DNA of 64,000 nucleotides from Eledone cirrhosa (GCA_964016885.1 OZ024743.1:285820001-285884000), one strand, 5' to 3'; shown: positions 1 to 12,828, counted from the stretch's first letter. The notes: generated from the letters alone by a model not told the origin. Numbers and translations are program-made.

Positions 1-473
1 CCCACCTTTACCAGAGCCCTTTTTGTTTGGAGTTTGTTTTAACCAACACTTTATTTTTAGATCGTGTTTTATAATCATGTGTGAGGATGTTTTAGTGTAT
101 GCCTATATACACTTTCACTTGTATTTAAACACAATGTCCTGTAAACTTTCTGTCTTAGCCTACTTCCTTCAGTTTCTGCTGCTACTGCTTGCTTCCCAAA
201 TTTTGCTGCTGACAGAAAGATGAAGAAAGTTGTTGCTGATCTGTGGCAATTTCTAAAATAACCCCCTCTAATGTACGTCCCATAAACTGTAATAAAGTAT
301 CTTGAAAAAAAAAAGAAACAACAAATGTTGTTACTTGTTATAATTATTTTCCAATCTTCAAATATTTTTTACTGTCATACAAGATATATTTTCAAAGAAT
401 AATTTTATTCACCAAGTTGCTGTAAAATATATCTTGCTGGAATCTAGTAATTGTAATGGCTTAAAAAAAAAGA

Positions 474-513
<40 letters not shown>

Positions 514-802
514 ATTTGTAAAAGGTTTCGCTAATATAGCTAGTATAAAATTACTCAAGGAAACAAACCCAGGCTGATATACTGAATCAATAACAATGAT
601 TAACTTCAAGCTAGAGATTTAAATGAGATACCTGCACATTTGCAGCTGATCCAATTGATGATTCCTATAAAAAATCACCAATGCTACATTATCATTTTAT
701 GTCTGCTTTCTATACTGGTATGAATTGGATGTTCAAAATCCTTTATTGGAATTACTGCCCTCCTAGACTTTACAGTAAAGTTCCACATGTTATAAGAAAC
801 AG

Positions 803-1060
803 TCATCATCATCATCATTTAGCCTCCACTTTCCCTGCTAGTAAGGATTGGACAAGTCTTCACAGACCAACTATCAGTACTGAAGCAGGGCTACTGAACT
901 CCCACACAGGCTGATGGTTTGCATCTCACACACGGTTCCATGTTCTACCAAAACATTTTTATCATGTACCAGCACTAGAGAGGTCATGTATTTGACGCAA
1001 TTGAAGATGCCCTTCTTATCACCAATCACTTTACAGCATGTACTAAGTGTGTTTATCATG
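803..1060 (-). mobile_element. Degenerate short retroposon 3' end with (ATG)n tail
   Basis: (CAT)n run followed by TTTAGCCTCCACTTTCC..., resembling a common octopus repeat as I recall it; boundaries approximate. Confidence 0.4.
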
Positions 1061-1994
1061 TCGCCCTCTCTGCTCTGTAGGGGTTGGGGTGATAGGTATG
1101 AAATTATGGCAAGTATGGTGTTATTTGACTGGGTGATGAGTCACTATATGACTGAGTGTTTTAACTTAGTGTGCTTAATTCTAATTTTTTTATTTTGTAA
1201 AACACCACTAACCTTAGCAACACACTTTGAAAATAGAAAAATGTTGGAATCTTTCACTACTTTTATCTCCTGCATGCATCCTTAAGAAATCATCAGAATT
1301 GTAGCAGCTCTTTATTATCATTAATTAGTCAAATGAGAAGGGGCAGTAGCCATGGTCTTTTTTAAGCCATTCCAGGTTTATGAGAACAATGCAGTTCATA
1401 CTCAATTTGAACTACTTTAGGGAGAAATATTAATGGTGAGAGTACACTGAGGATGGGCAAAGATGGTATACAGATTGCTAGTTCAGATATGCTGAGGCCA
1501 TTGCTGTAGCAATAAAAGAAATATTGAAAGTATACAACATGTTGATCAACCAAATAGCTTTTTTGATGTGATTTATGATATTTGTGTGTGTAGTGACTGG
1601 GATATATCATTCCTACGGAATATTCTTTTTATTTTTGCCTTAGTTTTATCTTTAGAAATATAATACATGTTATGGGATAAACTCTGTAGACAAAGTCTAC
1701 TGATGGTTCTACTCCAAAGAATATGAAGTTATTTTTATAAGATACAAAAAGAATAAAGGTGTTATTTAAGATTCTGAAAATGTGGCAGGAGCAAGAGTGC
1801 ATTCCTCTTAGAGGGACATAACAAAATATGAAAGGCATTCGAAGTTCAATTCCTGCCTGGGTAAATTTTGATTTTTATCTATCTTGGGTTGAATTAAATT
1901 TCAGTTCTGCCGTTAATATAATCAATTCTCCCCTCTAAAAGGAGTATTGTGGTAGTCTCATCGGTTAGAAATTATTAAAATAGTTTTTTTATAG

Positions 1995-4200
1995 AATTTT
2001 CACTCAACCGACATTGACAACATGAACAAGCTTCTCCATATTACCTCTGTATCCACCCTCTTTAACCTCTAGGTTGTCATTTCCACCATCATTTTTGGTT
2101 TCCCCCTACATCTTTCCAAGTTCGTTTCCACTCCTCTCACTGTCACTTTCATCGTTTCTCAACACATGACCCAACCATCTCATTCTATTTCTCTTTGCAA
2201 CAATCATCACTGGTTCTATTTCCATCGTCCTGTGCAATTCATTCTTTGTCTTCGCTCTCTCTGTGATACTCTACTCATCCGCCTGACCATCCTCATTTCT
2301 CTTCTTTCCAACATTCTCTGTTACTCATCACTCCTATAAACCTTAGCACTTTTCACTCGTGCAATATACACCTTATCCATCAGTTTCAATGACACTTCCC
2401 TCCTCATTAGCATCAGTTCCCAGATCTTCCACACTCATCTCACTCTAGATACTGTCACAGAGTCTGATCCACTCTTTTCATTAAACGTGTCTTCAAAATA
2501 AAGCATTTTCACACCATTCCCTAGGTCCAGCTCAACATCCTCTCCCTTTGTAACTCCCATATACTCTTTACATTTTCAGTGTACCTACTCGGTGCATATT
2601 GTTCTAACACACTGCACATGGCCACCTTCCTATTCTCTCCATCTCACCTAATACTTTGCCACTTTCTATCACCTTCATACCTTTTGCCTCAATACTTTCT
2701 TTCCGCTTTTTCATCTTTTCCCTTAGTCCATCCATACCAGGTCATCTGCATACAGAAACTCTCATGATAAACCCTGCTTTACATTCCATCACAGCTACAA
2801 ATAGTAGTTGGCTTAATACTCACTCCTGATTCACTCCAGCCTTCACTTCAAACTCATCACTGTTCTCTTCCTTTAACTTCATGACTATACGTGCTTTCTC
2901 ACACATTGATATCACTATATTGAACCATTCATCAACTTCCAAATCTTTCAATACCCATATCACTACATGGAACCCTATTGAAAGCTTTCTTCAGATCAAC
3001 AAGCCTCAAAACGAATTTTTCCTTGTGTCCCTGTACTGAATAAAAATTGCATCATTTGTTCTACCCCCTTGCAATCTTAAATACCTCTCTCTGGCCCTGC
3101 TCTAAATCCATTTGTTCGCTAAACATTCTGCTATGTGCCTCTTAGACTCTTGTCACTTCTTTCTTCGCAGTCATCTTGGCTGCTACCATAACCTTCAGTC
3201 TCTGCCATTCTCTGAATCTTACCCTTTTCTCATCAGTCCTCTTTCAAACTTCATCATCACACCATGATGTTTCCAAGTGTCTTGGTGATCCTTTTGTCCA
3301 TCCACACACACCACCAACTATTCCTAACAACCTATCTTTCAAAGAGTTCCAAGCATTCTCAAGTTCATTTGTGTCATGTTCTAACATACTCAGTTTAGAG
3401 CCTCCCTCACTGCTGCTTCTTTTAACCTCCACACCTTCAGCCTTGGTTGATATTTCTCCTGTTGGGCTTTCCTCTCGCCTCTCACCTTCAGGTCACAGAC
3501 AACTGGATGGTGCTATGTAACAACCTTTTTCCCTGGGATTATTTTTATCACACCCATGTACTTGACAGTTGACAATAATCCACCTGCTGTTTTCTTTCTA
3601 GAATTGCTTGGTACTGATTGACATCTTAGCTCCATCGTCAAACTCCCAAATCCTCTCATGCTCTACATTCCTTCTACCATACATGTTTCCCCCATGGATT
3701 CCATAAAAAACCATCCACACTCCTTCCCACATATCCATTCAGATCTCCTTCTGTCATAGTATCTTCCCCGTCTTTGATATTTTCAGTCATCTTCTCTATG
3801 CACACCAAAACTTGTCTTTCTCTTTGATACTGACCTGCCTGTGGGTCATATCCTGAGATTATCACCAGTTTCACCACCATCAACTGTTCTCTCATTCTTG
3901 TCACACAGTCTACAAACTCTACAGAAATCAAGACACCAGCACCATGCACACTTTCTGGACACCCTTACCACACAAACTTGTACTTCTATCCTTATTTCCT
4001 TCTCACCGTTATCACATTATTTCATTTCCATTTTGTCTCCTGCACATCATATAAGCCCATGCTTCTTCAATTCAGTGGTTCCACCACTTCTCCCGATATT
4101 CATGTCATCATCTCCACAAAGAACATCAGACCATTTTAAATAGACTGAAATCCTCCCTTGTTTCAACCAGGTTCCTACCTTAAGTCTTGATAAGAAGGGG
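1995..4200 (-). mobile_element. Decayed RTE-clade LINE (APE + RT), many stops and frameshifts
   Basis: Minus-strand motifs in order: GDLNGYVG (APE, ~3740), VDLKKAFNRVP (~2985), FLYADDLV (~2745), RWLGHV (~2170). Confidence 0.8.
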
Positions 4201-4201
4201 C

Positions 4202-4251
4202 GAAGACCCTCACGAGGTACTTTGAGCTCAAAGTACCTCGTGAGGGTCTTC
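4202..4251. repeat. Perfect 50-bp palindrome
   Basis: GAAGACCCTCACGAGGTACTTTGAG directly followed by its exact reverse complement. Confidence 0.95.
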
Positions 4252-4649
4252 ACCCCCTGACCATATGTTATACTTGTAATGAGGTATTTTTTAATGCATT
4301 GTTTTATGGCCAGGAATGCTCCCTAGCATCAACTCTTTTAATCACTTCTTATGATATGCAGAGATACAGTATACCTATTCTAAATTGGATATACAAGGAG
4401 GTGTGAAAAAATGTGGCTAAGATGCTGGTCTTATGGTCGTAAATATGATGGGTTTAATTTTTGGACCTGGTGGCATGTGATCTTGAACAAAACAGTTCAT
4501 ATCATGTTCCAGTGCACTCAACTGAAAATGAGTTAACCCTGTGTTGGAATGGTGTTCTATCAGGTGTGTCATGTACTCTTATTTGCATTAACATAGTGAA
4601 TAAAATTAACTGCCATTTTTAACATATTTTGAAAATTGATACTAGAGCT

Positions 4650-4840
4650 TCAGACAACATGCTTTGCACTATAGAGTTATAGCCCTTTATGTTCTGAGTT
4701 CAAATCCTGCTGGGGTTAGCTTTGCCTTTCATCCTTATGGGGTCGATAAAATAAAACACCAGTAATGCATTGGGGTCGATTTAATCCACTTTCCCCTCCC
4801 CAAAATTGTTGGCGTTGTGCCTAAATCAGAAGCCATTCTC
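4650..4840 (+). mobile_element. tRNA-derived SINE copy (family recurring through the window)
   Basis: B-box-like GAGTTCAAATCC then TTTGCCTTTCATCCTTATGGGGTCGATAAAATAAA; same core at 20270-20580 and in every array unit. Confidence 0.75.
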
Positions 4841-5939
4841 TTAAGTGAAACAGAGTGTCTTTGCTACTTTCATATAGCACCTTTTTACAACTAAAGTTGA
4901 TAGTTAAATGACTTTACCAAAGACAGCTTTGTCAACACCAGTTATGTAATTCAAATTGTTATGACAGACTTCATAATATAGTAATCAAAGTTTGTCCAAA
5001 ATGTAGGGATGAATCATAACTTGTTCTTTGGAGGGACAAAAATGGAAATGAAATAAATCTGATCAATCAGAATGGCTATTTTGAGCTTAAATATGATTTG
5101 AAGTTGATGGATTAAAGTATATGCAAAAATTGCTGGATAGTGAATCCTTGTGCAAAGTCGCAACAATATATTCTTCTTAGTGGCGCACTTTAGTAATCGA
5201 AGACTGTCCAAAATGTAGAGGTGAATCATAAATTGTTTTTTATTTTCTTGTTCACTGGCTTCTCATTTTCAATGTGCAGAAGATACAGATGAAACCAATC
5301 AAGGTCTAGACTGAGTCAACTGGAATTCTTGCAGAAAATACAGCTACACAATGTTCCTATACTAATTTGTTTTTATATATGCTGAACAATAGCATCATTG
5401 ACGCAAGGACTGAATTGGAAATAGTAAGGTTACTTTTCCAACACAATCTTCTTCAGGTTCTAAATTTGCAAAGAACATCAGTTTGATGGCAATCTTGCTC
5501 TTGGGGAGATTTCTTGAAAGGAGTGCAAGAGTGACCAGTAAGGCAATGCATAAAGAATAAGATCAATTGTACTGCCTGTAAGTAGGTTAAAGAAACTCTT
5601 ATCTAAAGTTGAAGCAACCAACATACCTTGATATTGAGGATAACATTATAGCCTTTTGAGCAAAAAAACAAGATGGTGTAGGACAGAGGAGAGACACAAA
5701 ATATCAACGAAATTAGTCACAGAACGAGTAACGAAAGGGCTTATTAAACAAACTGACAGGGAGTTTATAATAAATTGAAGTGAATCCCGACAAGCGTAAA
5801 AATGCCCCAACGTAAAAACAATATATATATGATAGAACTGAAAAATATTTAGTAGGAACGATGCTACTCACAACGCATTAATCAGTTTCCCTAAAAAACC
5901 GTTACGTCAATTTACAAAAAAAATATATATAAAGAACAT

Positions 5940-5969
5940 TGTCAGCAATGGGATTCGAACCCACGCCTC
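5940..5969 (-). pseudogene. tRNA-Leu 3' fragment (T arm only)
   Basis: Reverse complement reads GAGGCGTGGGTTCGAATCCCATTGCTGACA; 5' part missing, joined to RTE fragment. Confidence 0.7.
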
Positions 5970-5979
5970 TAAAGGCATG

Positions 5980-6340
5980 GTACCTGGAGTGACTCTGATC
6001 TCTGAGATATGCACTCTATCGAATAATATTACTCCAAAGACCCTTCGGAGGAACCCCATTTTGGTCGGTTGTATTCATGATCGTTTTCTTTTGGTCATTA
6101 CTCAAGATCGATGACTGTAAGAAAGACTTGGCAACAATACTGAATTGAAGATAGTGACTTTGGCTTTAACCCCTACCTCTTTCTTCTGATGACCAAATGC
6201 ACCAGCTCCAACAATTCTTGGATTTAATTAAGCTTCCTGTCCTCCATTACTCATGATCACAGCTCCGAGATACTTGAACTTCGCCTGTTTCAGTCTACCT
6301 CCACTCAAATGCGGAGTGCAATACACAGGATTCATCGTGA
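5980..6340 (-). mobile_element. RTE-like RT C-terminal fragment duplicated with tRNA spacer
   Basis: Translates to KYLGAVIMS... ; paralogous copies at ~9690-10180, ~17580-17710, ~18500-18910. Confidence 0.65.
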
Positions 6341-6484
6341 GGACTTGGCATCAAAGATAACAAATCATAAATACTAAGGAATTTGTTTAGGGACTGCAAG
6401 GCAACAAAAAGGTGTCCATCCTTCCTATACACACAAATTCCCTAAAAGTATGTCTATTTCCAAATATATATATAAATAATAATA

Positions 6485-6745
6485 TAATAATAATGAAATT
6501 ATTATGTCAGTGCTCAGGTGCACTACAACTCATCAAAGGTGCATGTATAGTACATAGAATAATGTACAAATGTCAGGAAAGTGAATAGTGTATGAGTCAT
6601 ATACATGTGAGCGTGTGTATGGAGGGGGATTATTAGGTGTAGTGTTGGCGAATCTCAGGAAGCATGAAGGTTTTAAAGGATGCAGTGTCTCGACAGCTAA
6701 CAACTGATACCGGGAGTTTATTCCATGCTTCAGCAACTCTTAGCG
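6485..6745 (-). mobile_element. 5'-truncated CR1-like LINE 3' end
   Basis: Minus strand encodes LRVAEAWNKLPVSVVSCRDTASFK (CR1-type RVxxxWNxLP C-terminus) and ends in an (ATT)-rich tail; absent from the paralogous site at ~19060. Confidence 0.7.
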
Positions 6746-6827
6746 TGGCAGTGGTGTGATTCGAACAAACTCCTCCGGAGAGACTGGTGCTTAATACCAG
6801 CACCTTAGACTACTCGGCCATGCTACC
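6746..6827 (-). pseudogene. tRNA-Leu pseudogene, anticodon TAA
   Basis: 82-nt homolog of array tRNAs; loop ATTAAGC; T stem disrupted. Confidence 0.8.
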
Positions 6828-7315
6828 ATATTATAACTCACACAATCAGATGTTGTATTTTACTTTTAATAATGTTTCTTGTTTGAAAATAATTCAGTTA
6901 TGACAATTAAATTTAATGGCAATGAAAAATGTTGAAAGTCTCATTTAATTGTTAAATTGTTTAATCAATTGATTAAAAGTTGTCTCCCTTATGTGTCTTG
7001 AAAAAATTGCCATTATGAAAGGTTTAAACACTAATAATTTCTTATGTGTTAGATTTCAGTTAGAACTTTTGTTTCCCTCACTGCACCATGTGTGTGTGTG
7101 TATCTTAGTTTGTTTATGTGTGCGTGTGCATGTGCCTATGTGTCTGTGAGTTTGTTTTCTTTTCGGACTGTAAGAAAACCCTGCAGTCAATGACAACAGG
7201 AATATTTAAAAAATGTTCTTTATATTTTACAAGAGCATAATAATAATATCCTCTGAATATTAAGTATATAGGTAGGTATATAGTCGACCTATGGAGACCT
7301 TAAATGTCAGTTTCA

Positions 7316-9065
7316 TCTTTATATATATAAAAGCGAGGATGTGTGTGTGTCTGTGTACAACTTTGGATACCTAAGGCTTTTACAATTACCAACTGAATTT
7401 GTCCAGATTTTCTGTGCACGTTGCACAGGCCGCTAAGATGGTCACATCACAAACATTTTTCAAATCGACCCACGTTGAGCAATAAAAAATCGATATCAAA
7501 ATTATCAGTAGCAAAATTGATGTAAGGGAGATAACCAACTTTATTGACAATCCTTATAAAAAAAGGGAGATAACCAACTTTATTGACAAATATAAACAGA
7601 TTCATTTGAAGATAAATCACTAATATTATCGTTTGTTTCTTGTTTATTCTTTGTTGTACTTTCAAAGTTAAAAAAACACTTGTTTTAATTTGTTTCACTA
7701 TATTAAGTGTTAATTTTCGCAGTAAAAAAAATGTGTTGCACTTTCAAAGTTAAAAAAAAAACACTTGTTGTTTTAATTTGTTTCACTATATTAAGTGTTA
7801 ATTTTCGCGTTAAGGGCCTAATCTCGCAGCAGTCTCGAATTGGCGTGATTTTGATGATGGTTTGTTTATTTTTAGAACAATCGTTATGGGACTTTCCATT
7901 CAAACCATTGGGACCTACAACTTTTACATTTTTAAAACTTTCATAAGCCATGTTGACACTCAGACTAGTCATGACGGATACCCATTATATCGCCGGAGAA
8001 GACCCGAAGATGGTGGATTCACAGCAAGGGTTGGCAAACATGAGGTTGCTGGATGTCCACGGATATATAAATCTATTGATACTGTATGTGATCCACAGGA
8101 TGCGGTCAATTATCCAGTTGAATTTCTAAATTCTTTAAATCCTCCTGATTTACCTCCTAATACATTGGTTCTGAAAGAGGGAACGCCAGTTATTTTGCTG
8201 AGAAATATCACTCCTCCAAAACTATGCAATGGTACACGCCTTGTAGTTAAAAAACTGTCTCCACTTAGTATTGACGCTGCCATTCTATCCGGATGTGGAA
8301 AAGGCGAGGGTGTGATAATAACAAAAATTAGCCTGACTACATCAGGCGTGCATACTCCCTTCTCCTTTCGCCGAACCCAATTTCCCCTTCGTGTTGCCTT
8401 TGCGATGTCCATAAACAAGTCGCAAGGTCAAACTCTGTCCGTCACTGGAATTCACTTGGATGAACCTTGCTTTTCGCACGGACAATTCTACGTTGCCTGC
8501 TCACGAGTTGGCAGTAGAGATAATCTCTTTGCGTTTGTTCCGAAAAGAAAAACAAAGAATATCGTCTATCCTGAAGTGCTTTAGTGTTAACAAAAACATT
8601 TATTACAGCTCTGCCTTGACTTCACCTTACTCATTACAAAACATACCAATGAATATGTCATGCAGGATATTTTGGATTATAAGTTCAAAATTTAACCATA
8701 CACAGCAAAGCATGATCTCAAAGAATAGATTTTTCTTATTCTACTCTCATTGTTTTTTTTGTTTGTATACAACTCTGCTTTCATTACAACTTTTTGTACT
8801 TTAGCAAAACTGCCTGTTTTTTTACAGATTTGCAACGTGTATTGTCTTTAATCATTTGTATAACTACATCCTGTTCAGTGTTTTCCTTCATTATCAACAT
8901 AGTTTTATGTGTACAAAGATTGCACTAAATATTCGTTTGCATTAATTATTGAAGACTTCTGCTTATTTTGACAGGTTGGAGACAAATAATGTTCTTCTTT
9001 TACTTCCTAGCTGTATATTCTTAGCATAATTTCAAACCCCGGGCAACGTCGGGTAAATCTGCTAG
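7316..9065 (+). mobile_element. Internally deleted (non-autonomous) Helitron, 1750 bp
   Basis: 5' TC(TTTATATATATAAAA); 3' hairpin CCCGGGCAACGTCGGG then CTAG; inserted between A and T with no TSD; empty paralogous site at ~19950; carries RepHel fragments. Confidence 0.9.
7862..8584 (+). pseudogene. Helitron RepHel remnant ORF (Rep-region peptide fused to Pif1-like helicase C-terminus)
   Basis: DGYPLYRRR; [16 protein letters not shown]; [21 protein letters not shown]; [13 protein letters not shown]; no Walker A. Confidence 0.85.
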
Positions 9066-9096
9066 TCGTATATAAAATGAAAAAAAAATTAGCAAT

Positions 9097-9178
9097 TGGC
9101 AGTGGTGGGATTCGAACCCACGCCTCCAATGAGACTGGTGTCTTAAACCAGCGCCTTAGACCGCTCTGCTACGCTAGT
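9097..9178 (-). pseudogene. tRNA-Leu(AAG) pseudogene
   Basis: 82-nt homolog; acceptor 5' end ACTAGCG and D stem mutated. Confidence 0.8.
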
Positions 9179-9540
9179 ACTTTATAAAGTTGGCGTCCAA
9201 TTACACTATAGTGAACACAAACATAAGATGGTGTATGATAGAACAGTGGAGAGGCACAAAATATTAACAAAGGTAGTCACGGAGGAGGTCACAGAATGAG
9301 TGGCGAAAGAGCGTATTAAACAAACCACAGTGAGTTTATAATAAATTGAAGTGAGAACCAACAAGTGCGTGTTTTTATCGGCAGCATGTCCCTCTCAAAG
9401 TAAAACACATTATATATATAAAAGAACTGTAAAATATTTTGTACGAACGGTGCAACTTACTACGCATGCGTATGAATACACGCAGTAAACATTTTCCCGA
9501 AATGACCATTACGTCTATTTACAAAAATATATATAAAGAG

Positions 9541-9622
9541 AGACCGGGGAAGGGTTAGAACCCACGCCTCCGAAGAAACTGGTGCCTTAAACCAGCTTCT
9601 TAGTCCACTTGGCCACGCTACC
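9541..9622 (-). pseudogene. tRNA-Leu(AAG) pseudogene
   Basis: Homolog with degraded B box and 3' acceptor strand. Confidence 0.75.
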
Positions 9623-9689
9623 AGCATATTTATAGTATTTGACATATGGGACATTACTTTATAGCAATTAAAATAAATCTTCTTTGAAT

Positions 9690-10180
9690 GGGTTTTGACA
9701 CTAATATATGTTCCGCAATTCTTTCCTGAAATATTCTATCAGCATACCCATAATATTGGAGCTGTAATCTCTCAGTTCGGAGAAGTAGCTGCTCTACCTT
9801 GAGTGACTCTCTCATCTCCGAGCTACATACTCTCTCGAGTAACTTATTTTAAAGACCCTTCAGAGGAACCCCACTTTGGCCACTTGTATTCACGATCGTA
9901 TTCTTTCAGCCATTATTCAAGATTCATGACCATAGGTAAGGGTTGGCACGAAAACCGAATTGAAGATAGCGAGTTTGGCTTTTACACCTACCTCCTTTCT
10001 TCTGATTACTGAATACTGAAGCTGGCGTATTACTGCACCAATTCCAACACCTTTTCGATTTAATTAAGCTTTCTGCCTCCCGTCACTCATGATCATGGCC
10101 GCGAGATACTTGAGGTTCACCTGTTTCAGTCTACCTCCACTCACATGCAAAGTGCAATACGCAGGATTCGTGAGAGGACT
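9690..10180 (-). mobile_element. RTE-like RT C-terminal fragment
   Basis: Translates to ...GVKAKLAIFNSVFVPTLTYGHES...; paralog of 5980-6340. Confidence 0.7.
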
Positions 10181-10823
10181 CTGCAGTAAACTTAACAAAT
10201 CGCAAATACTAAGGCATTTGTTTACGGTATATAGTATTTAACATGCAGGGTATTATTTTATCTTTAACATTTTTTTTTTTTTTTGTATGAAAATAATTCA
10301 CTGTTAAGGCAATTAAAATTAATGATATGAATCCGTGTGTGTGTGTGTGTCTGTGTGTGTGTGTGGAGTGGGGCATAGAAATACTCGGTGTGTTACCCGA
10401 CTATGCAGTTAGTCCAGCGGGGATGAGTGAACCCTTGTTTTTGCTTAGGACATCATTCTAGAAGGAGAATCTTTATACCTGCGACTTGATGATAGTCAAG
10501 AATGTTGACCAGTGTGTGTGTGTAGGTATAGTATTGTCTGCATATATATATGTGTGTGTGTGTGTTTGTGCGCGTATGTATACCAGTGTGCGTGTATGTA
10601 AATGTATGTGTACATATTTGTGTATGTCTGTACAGGTACGCGGCGCGCGCATGCGTGTGTGTGTTTGTTTAATATTCAGATTCTAAAAAAGACATGTCTA
10701 GCTTAGTCATTATCTCTCAAAAATGCTGTTTATGTCTTACAAAACTTTTAAGATATCATTTATATAATTATTGTGTGCACAATGTCAACACTGTCAACTT
10801 CATGTTCTGTTAAAAGAAATAAT

Positions 10824-10905
10824 TGGCAGTGGTGGAATTCGAACCCACGCCTCCTAAGAGACTGGTGCCTTAAACCAGCGCCTTAGACCGTTTGGCCACG
10901 CTACC
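10824..10905 (-). tRNA. tRNA-Leu(AAG), diverged (possible pseudogene)
   Basis: Full 82 nt, anticodon loop TTAAGGC; several substitutions including D loop and acceptor mismatch. Confidence 0.6.
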
Positions 10906-11002
10906 ACATTGTATGTCACGCATTCAGTTATAATATTTGACATTCTAGGAATTACTCTATCTTTTAACAATGTTTCTTCTGTGAAAATAATTCACTTTAG
11001 AC

Positions 11003-11209
11003 CAGGCATGTGAAAGTGAGGGTGCCCCGAGGGTCACATGGGTCACATATGTGTTGTCTGAGGCCCACACTTGACAACTAATTACGCACATTTCAACTAA
11101 TATTTTTTTATTTTATATTACGCTCGCGCTGTAAAAACCTTTGTGCGGGCCGCAGGTGTGCTTGTAACGGGCCGCATGCAATCCGCGAGCCGCATGTTTG
11201 ACATGCCTG
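11003..11209. mobile_element. hAT-type MITE, 207 bp
   Basis: TIRs CAGGCATGTGAAA / TTTGACATGCCTG; 8-bp TSD CTTTAGAC on both sides; single CTTTAGAC at paralogous empty site ~20140. Confidence 0.9.
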
Positions 11210-11439
11210 CTTTAGACATTTAAAATTGAATGAAAATGTTGACAGAGTGATTTCATCGTTTAATTTTTTAATGAATTGATTAAAAGTTGTCTCCCTTATG
11301 TTTCTTGAGAATCATTGCCATTATCAAAAAACTTAACACAAATTATTTCATATAATGTGTTAAATTTAAATAAATTGAAACTTTTGTTTGTCTAACTGTA
11401 CCATGTGCGTAAAGCTGTGGATGTATGTATCTATCCTGT

Positions 11440-12350
11440 ATTTAATGGAAAATTCTCGGAATAATTTCTGTGGACTGCGGTGTTAAACAAGAGGACATTC
11501 CTACTCCATCACTATTTGTAACATACATTGTCGTTTTCCATAATTATGCATTCCACAACTGTAACCGAGGGATAATGCAAACTGCGTTTACGAACGACTG
11601 GGCAAGAAGATTTAATAATCCATGACACTCAATGTGTTAATTCGAGAACTTTGTATACTGATAATGCAGACTTTGTTGCACACTTAGAAGCAGAGATTCA
11701 GTACACAAGGGATACATTTTCTAAAACATGTTCTCTTCCTGGACTCACTGTAAGGTTAACTAAGGCCAAGGTGATGTACACTCCAGCATCAGAAGAACCT
11801 TATGTTATGCCAAATATATATGTGAATAGGACTAAGTTGTTAGTGGTTGATGTCTTTGTGTATCTTGGTAGTATTCTGTCAAGGGACAGGGGTTGGGATG
11901 CAGAAGTACATCTTCGAGTACAGAAGGCAAACGCTGCATTTGGAAAATTAGTGAAAAGGGTGTGGTTAGTCAAAGGTATAACATTGAGCACAAAAATAAC
12001 TGTTTATGAGGCATGTGTGCTTACAGTTTTGTTGTATAGTTTTATGAAGCATGGATCAGCCAACAGCGGCATTTCAAGATACTTGAAAGATACCAGCAAC
12101 AGTGCCTTTGGCGGATCCTAGTATGACACCTGATACTGAAGTTTTATAAAGATCGGGGTGCTCTACAATTTGTTCCCTTGTCATTAAGAGTCAGATGTGC
12201 TGGGTTGGGCATATTGTTCGCGTAAATGACGAAAGGATTCCAATTGAAATCTTTTATCGTGAGTTTGTGAATGAAAAGGACCACATCATAGGCCTAAGTA
12301 AAGCTACAACAATTGTATTAAGAAAAATATAAAATGTTTGGGTTTAGATA
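11440..12350 (+). mobile_element. Decayed RTE/BovB-like RT fragment
   Basis: CGVKQ..., LYTDNADFVAH, FVYLGSILS, ANAAFGKLVKRVW, CWVGHIVR. Confidence 0.75.
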
Positions 12351-12626
12351 TAAATGAATTTGTATGTGTGTGTGTTTTGTGTGTGCATGTGTATGTGTAG
12401 GTATAGGAGTATATATATATATGTGTGTGTGTAGGTATAAGTGTTTGTATGTATGTCCGTGTGATTGTGAGTTTGTTTAATTTTCAGGCTCTAGGAAAAA
12501 TAGTATAGAAAAGCTAGTATCTTTTCTTTTAAAAATATAATTGGTAGGAACGGTACAATGTAGGTGTATAGACAACATACGGAGACCCTAAATGTTAGCT
12601 TCATCTTCTGTTATAAAAAAAGTAAT

Positions 12627-12708
12627 TGGCAGCGGTGGGATTCGAACCTACGCCTCCTAAGAGACTGGTACCTTAAACCAGCGACTTAGACCGCTCGGCC
12701 ACGCTACC
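12627..12708 (-). tRNA. tRNA-Leu(AAG), slightly diverged
   Basis: 82 nt, intact acceptor stem, about 4 substitutions versus array AAG gene; T run downstream. Confidence 0.65.
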
Positions 12709-12828
12709 ACACGATTTCTCAGGCATCCAGTTATAATATTTGACCAAGAATTACTTTATCTTTTGACAATGTCAAAATAATTCAATTTAGACAATTAATA
12801 TTGACACGAACCTGTGTGTGTGTGCGTA

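Noticed and set aside
150-1840. Short minus-strand exon-like pieces (e.g. TTTTATAG|GAATCATCA...GTGCAG|GTAT near 635-667) and 60-120 aa ORFs
   Set aside because: No recognisable protein and no consistent exon chain could be built; needs RNA-seq
4983-5235. Imperfect ~40-bp direct repeat TGTCCAAAATGTAG..GAATCATAA about 210 bp apart
   Set aside because: Only two copies with no other structure; most simply a small old duplication
7862-8584. Cellular PIF1 helicase gene
   Set aside because: Lacks N-terminal helicase motifs and lies between Helitron termini
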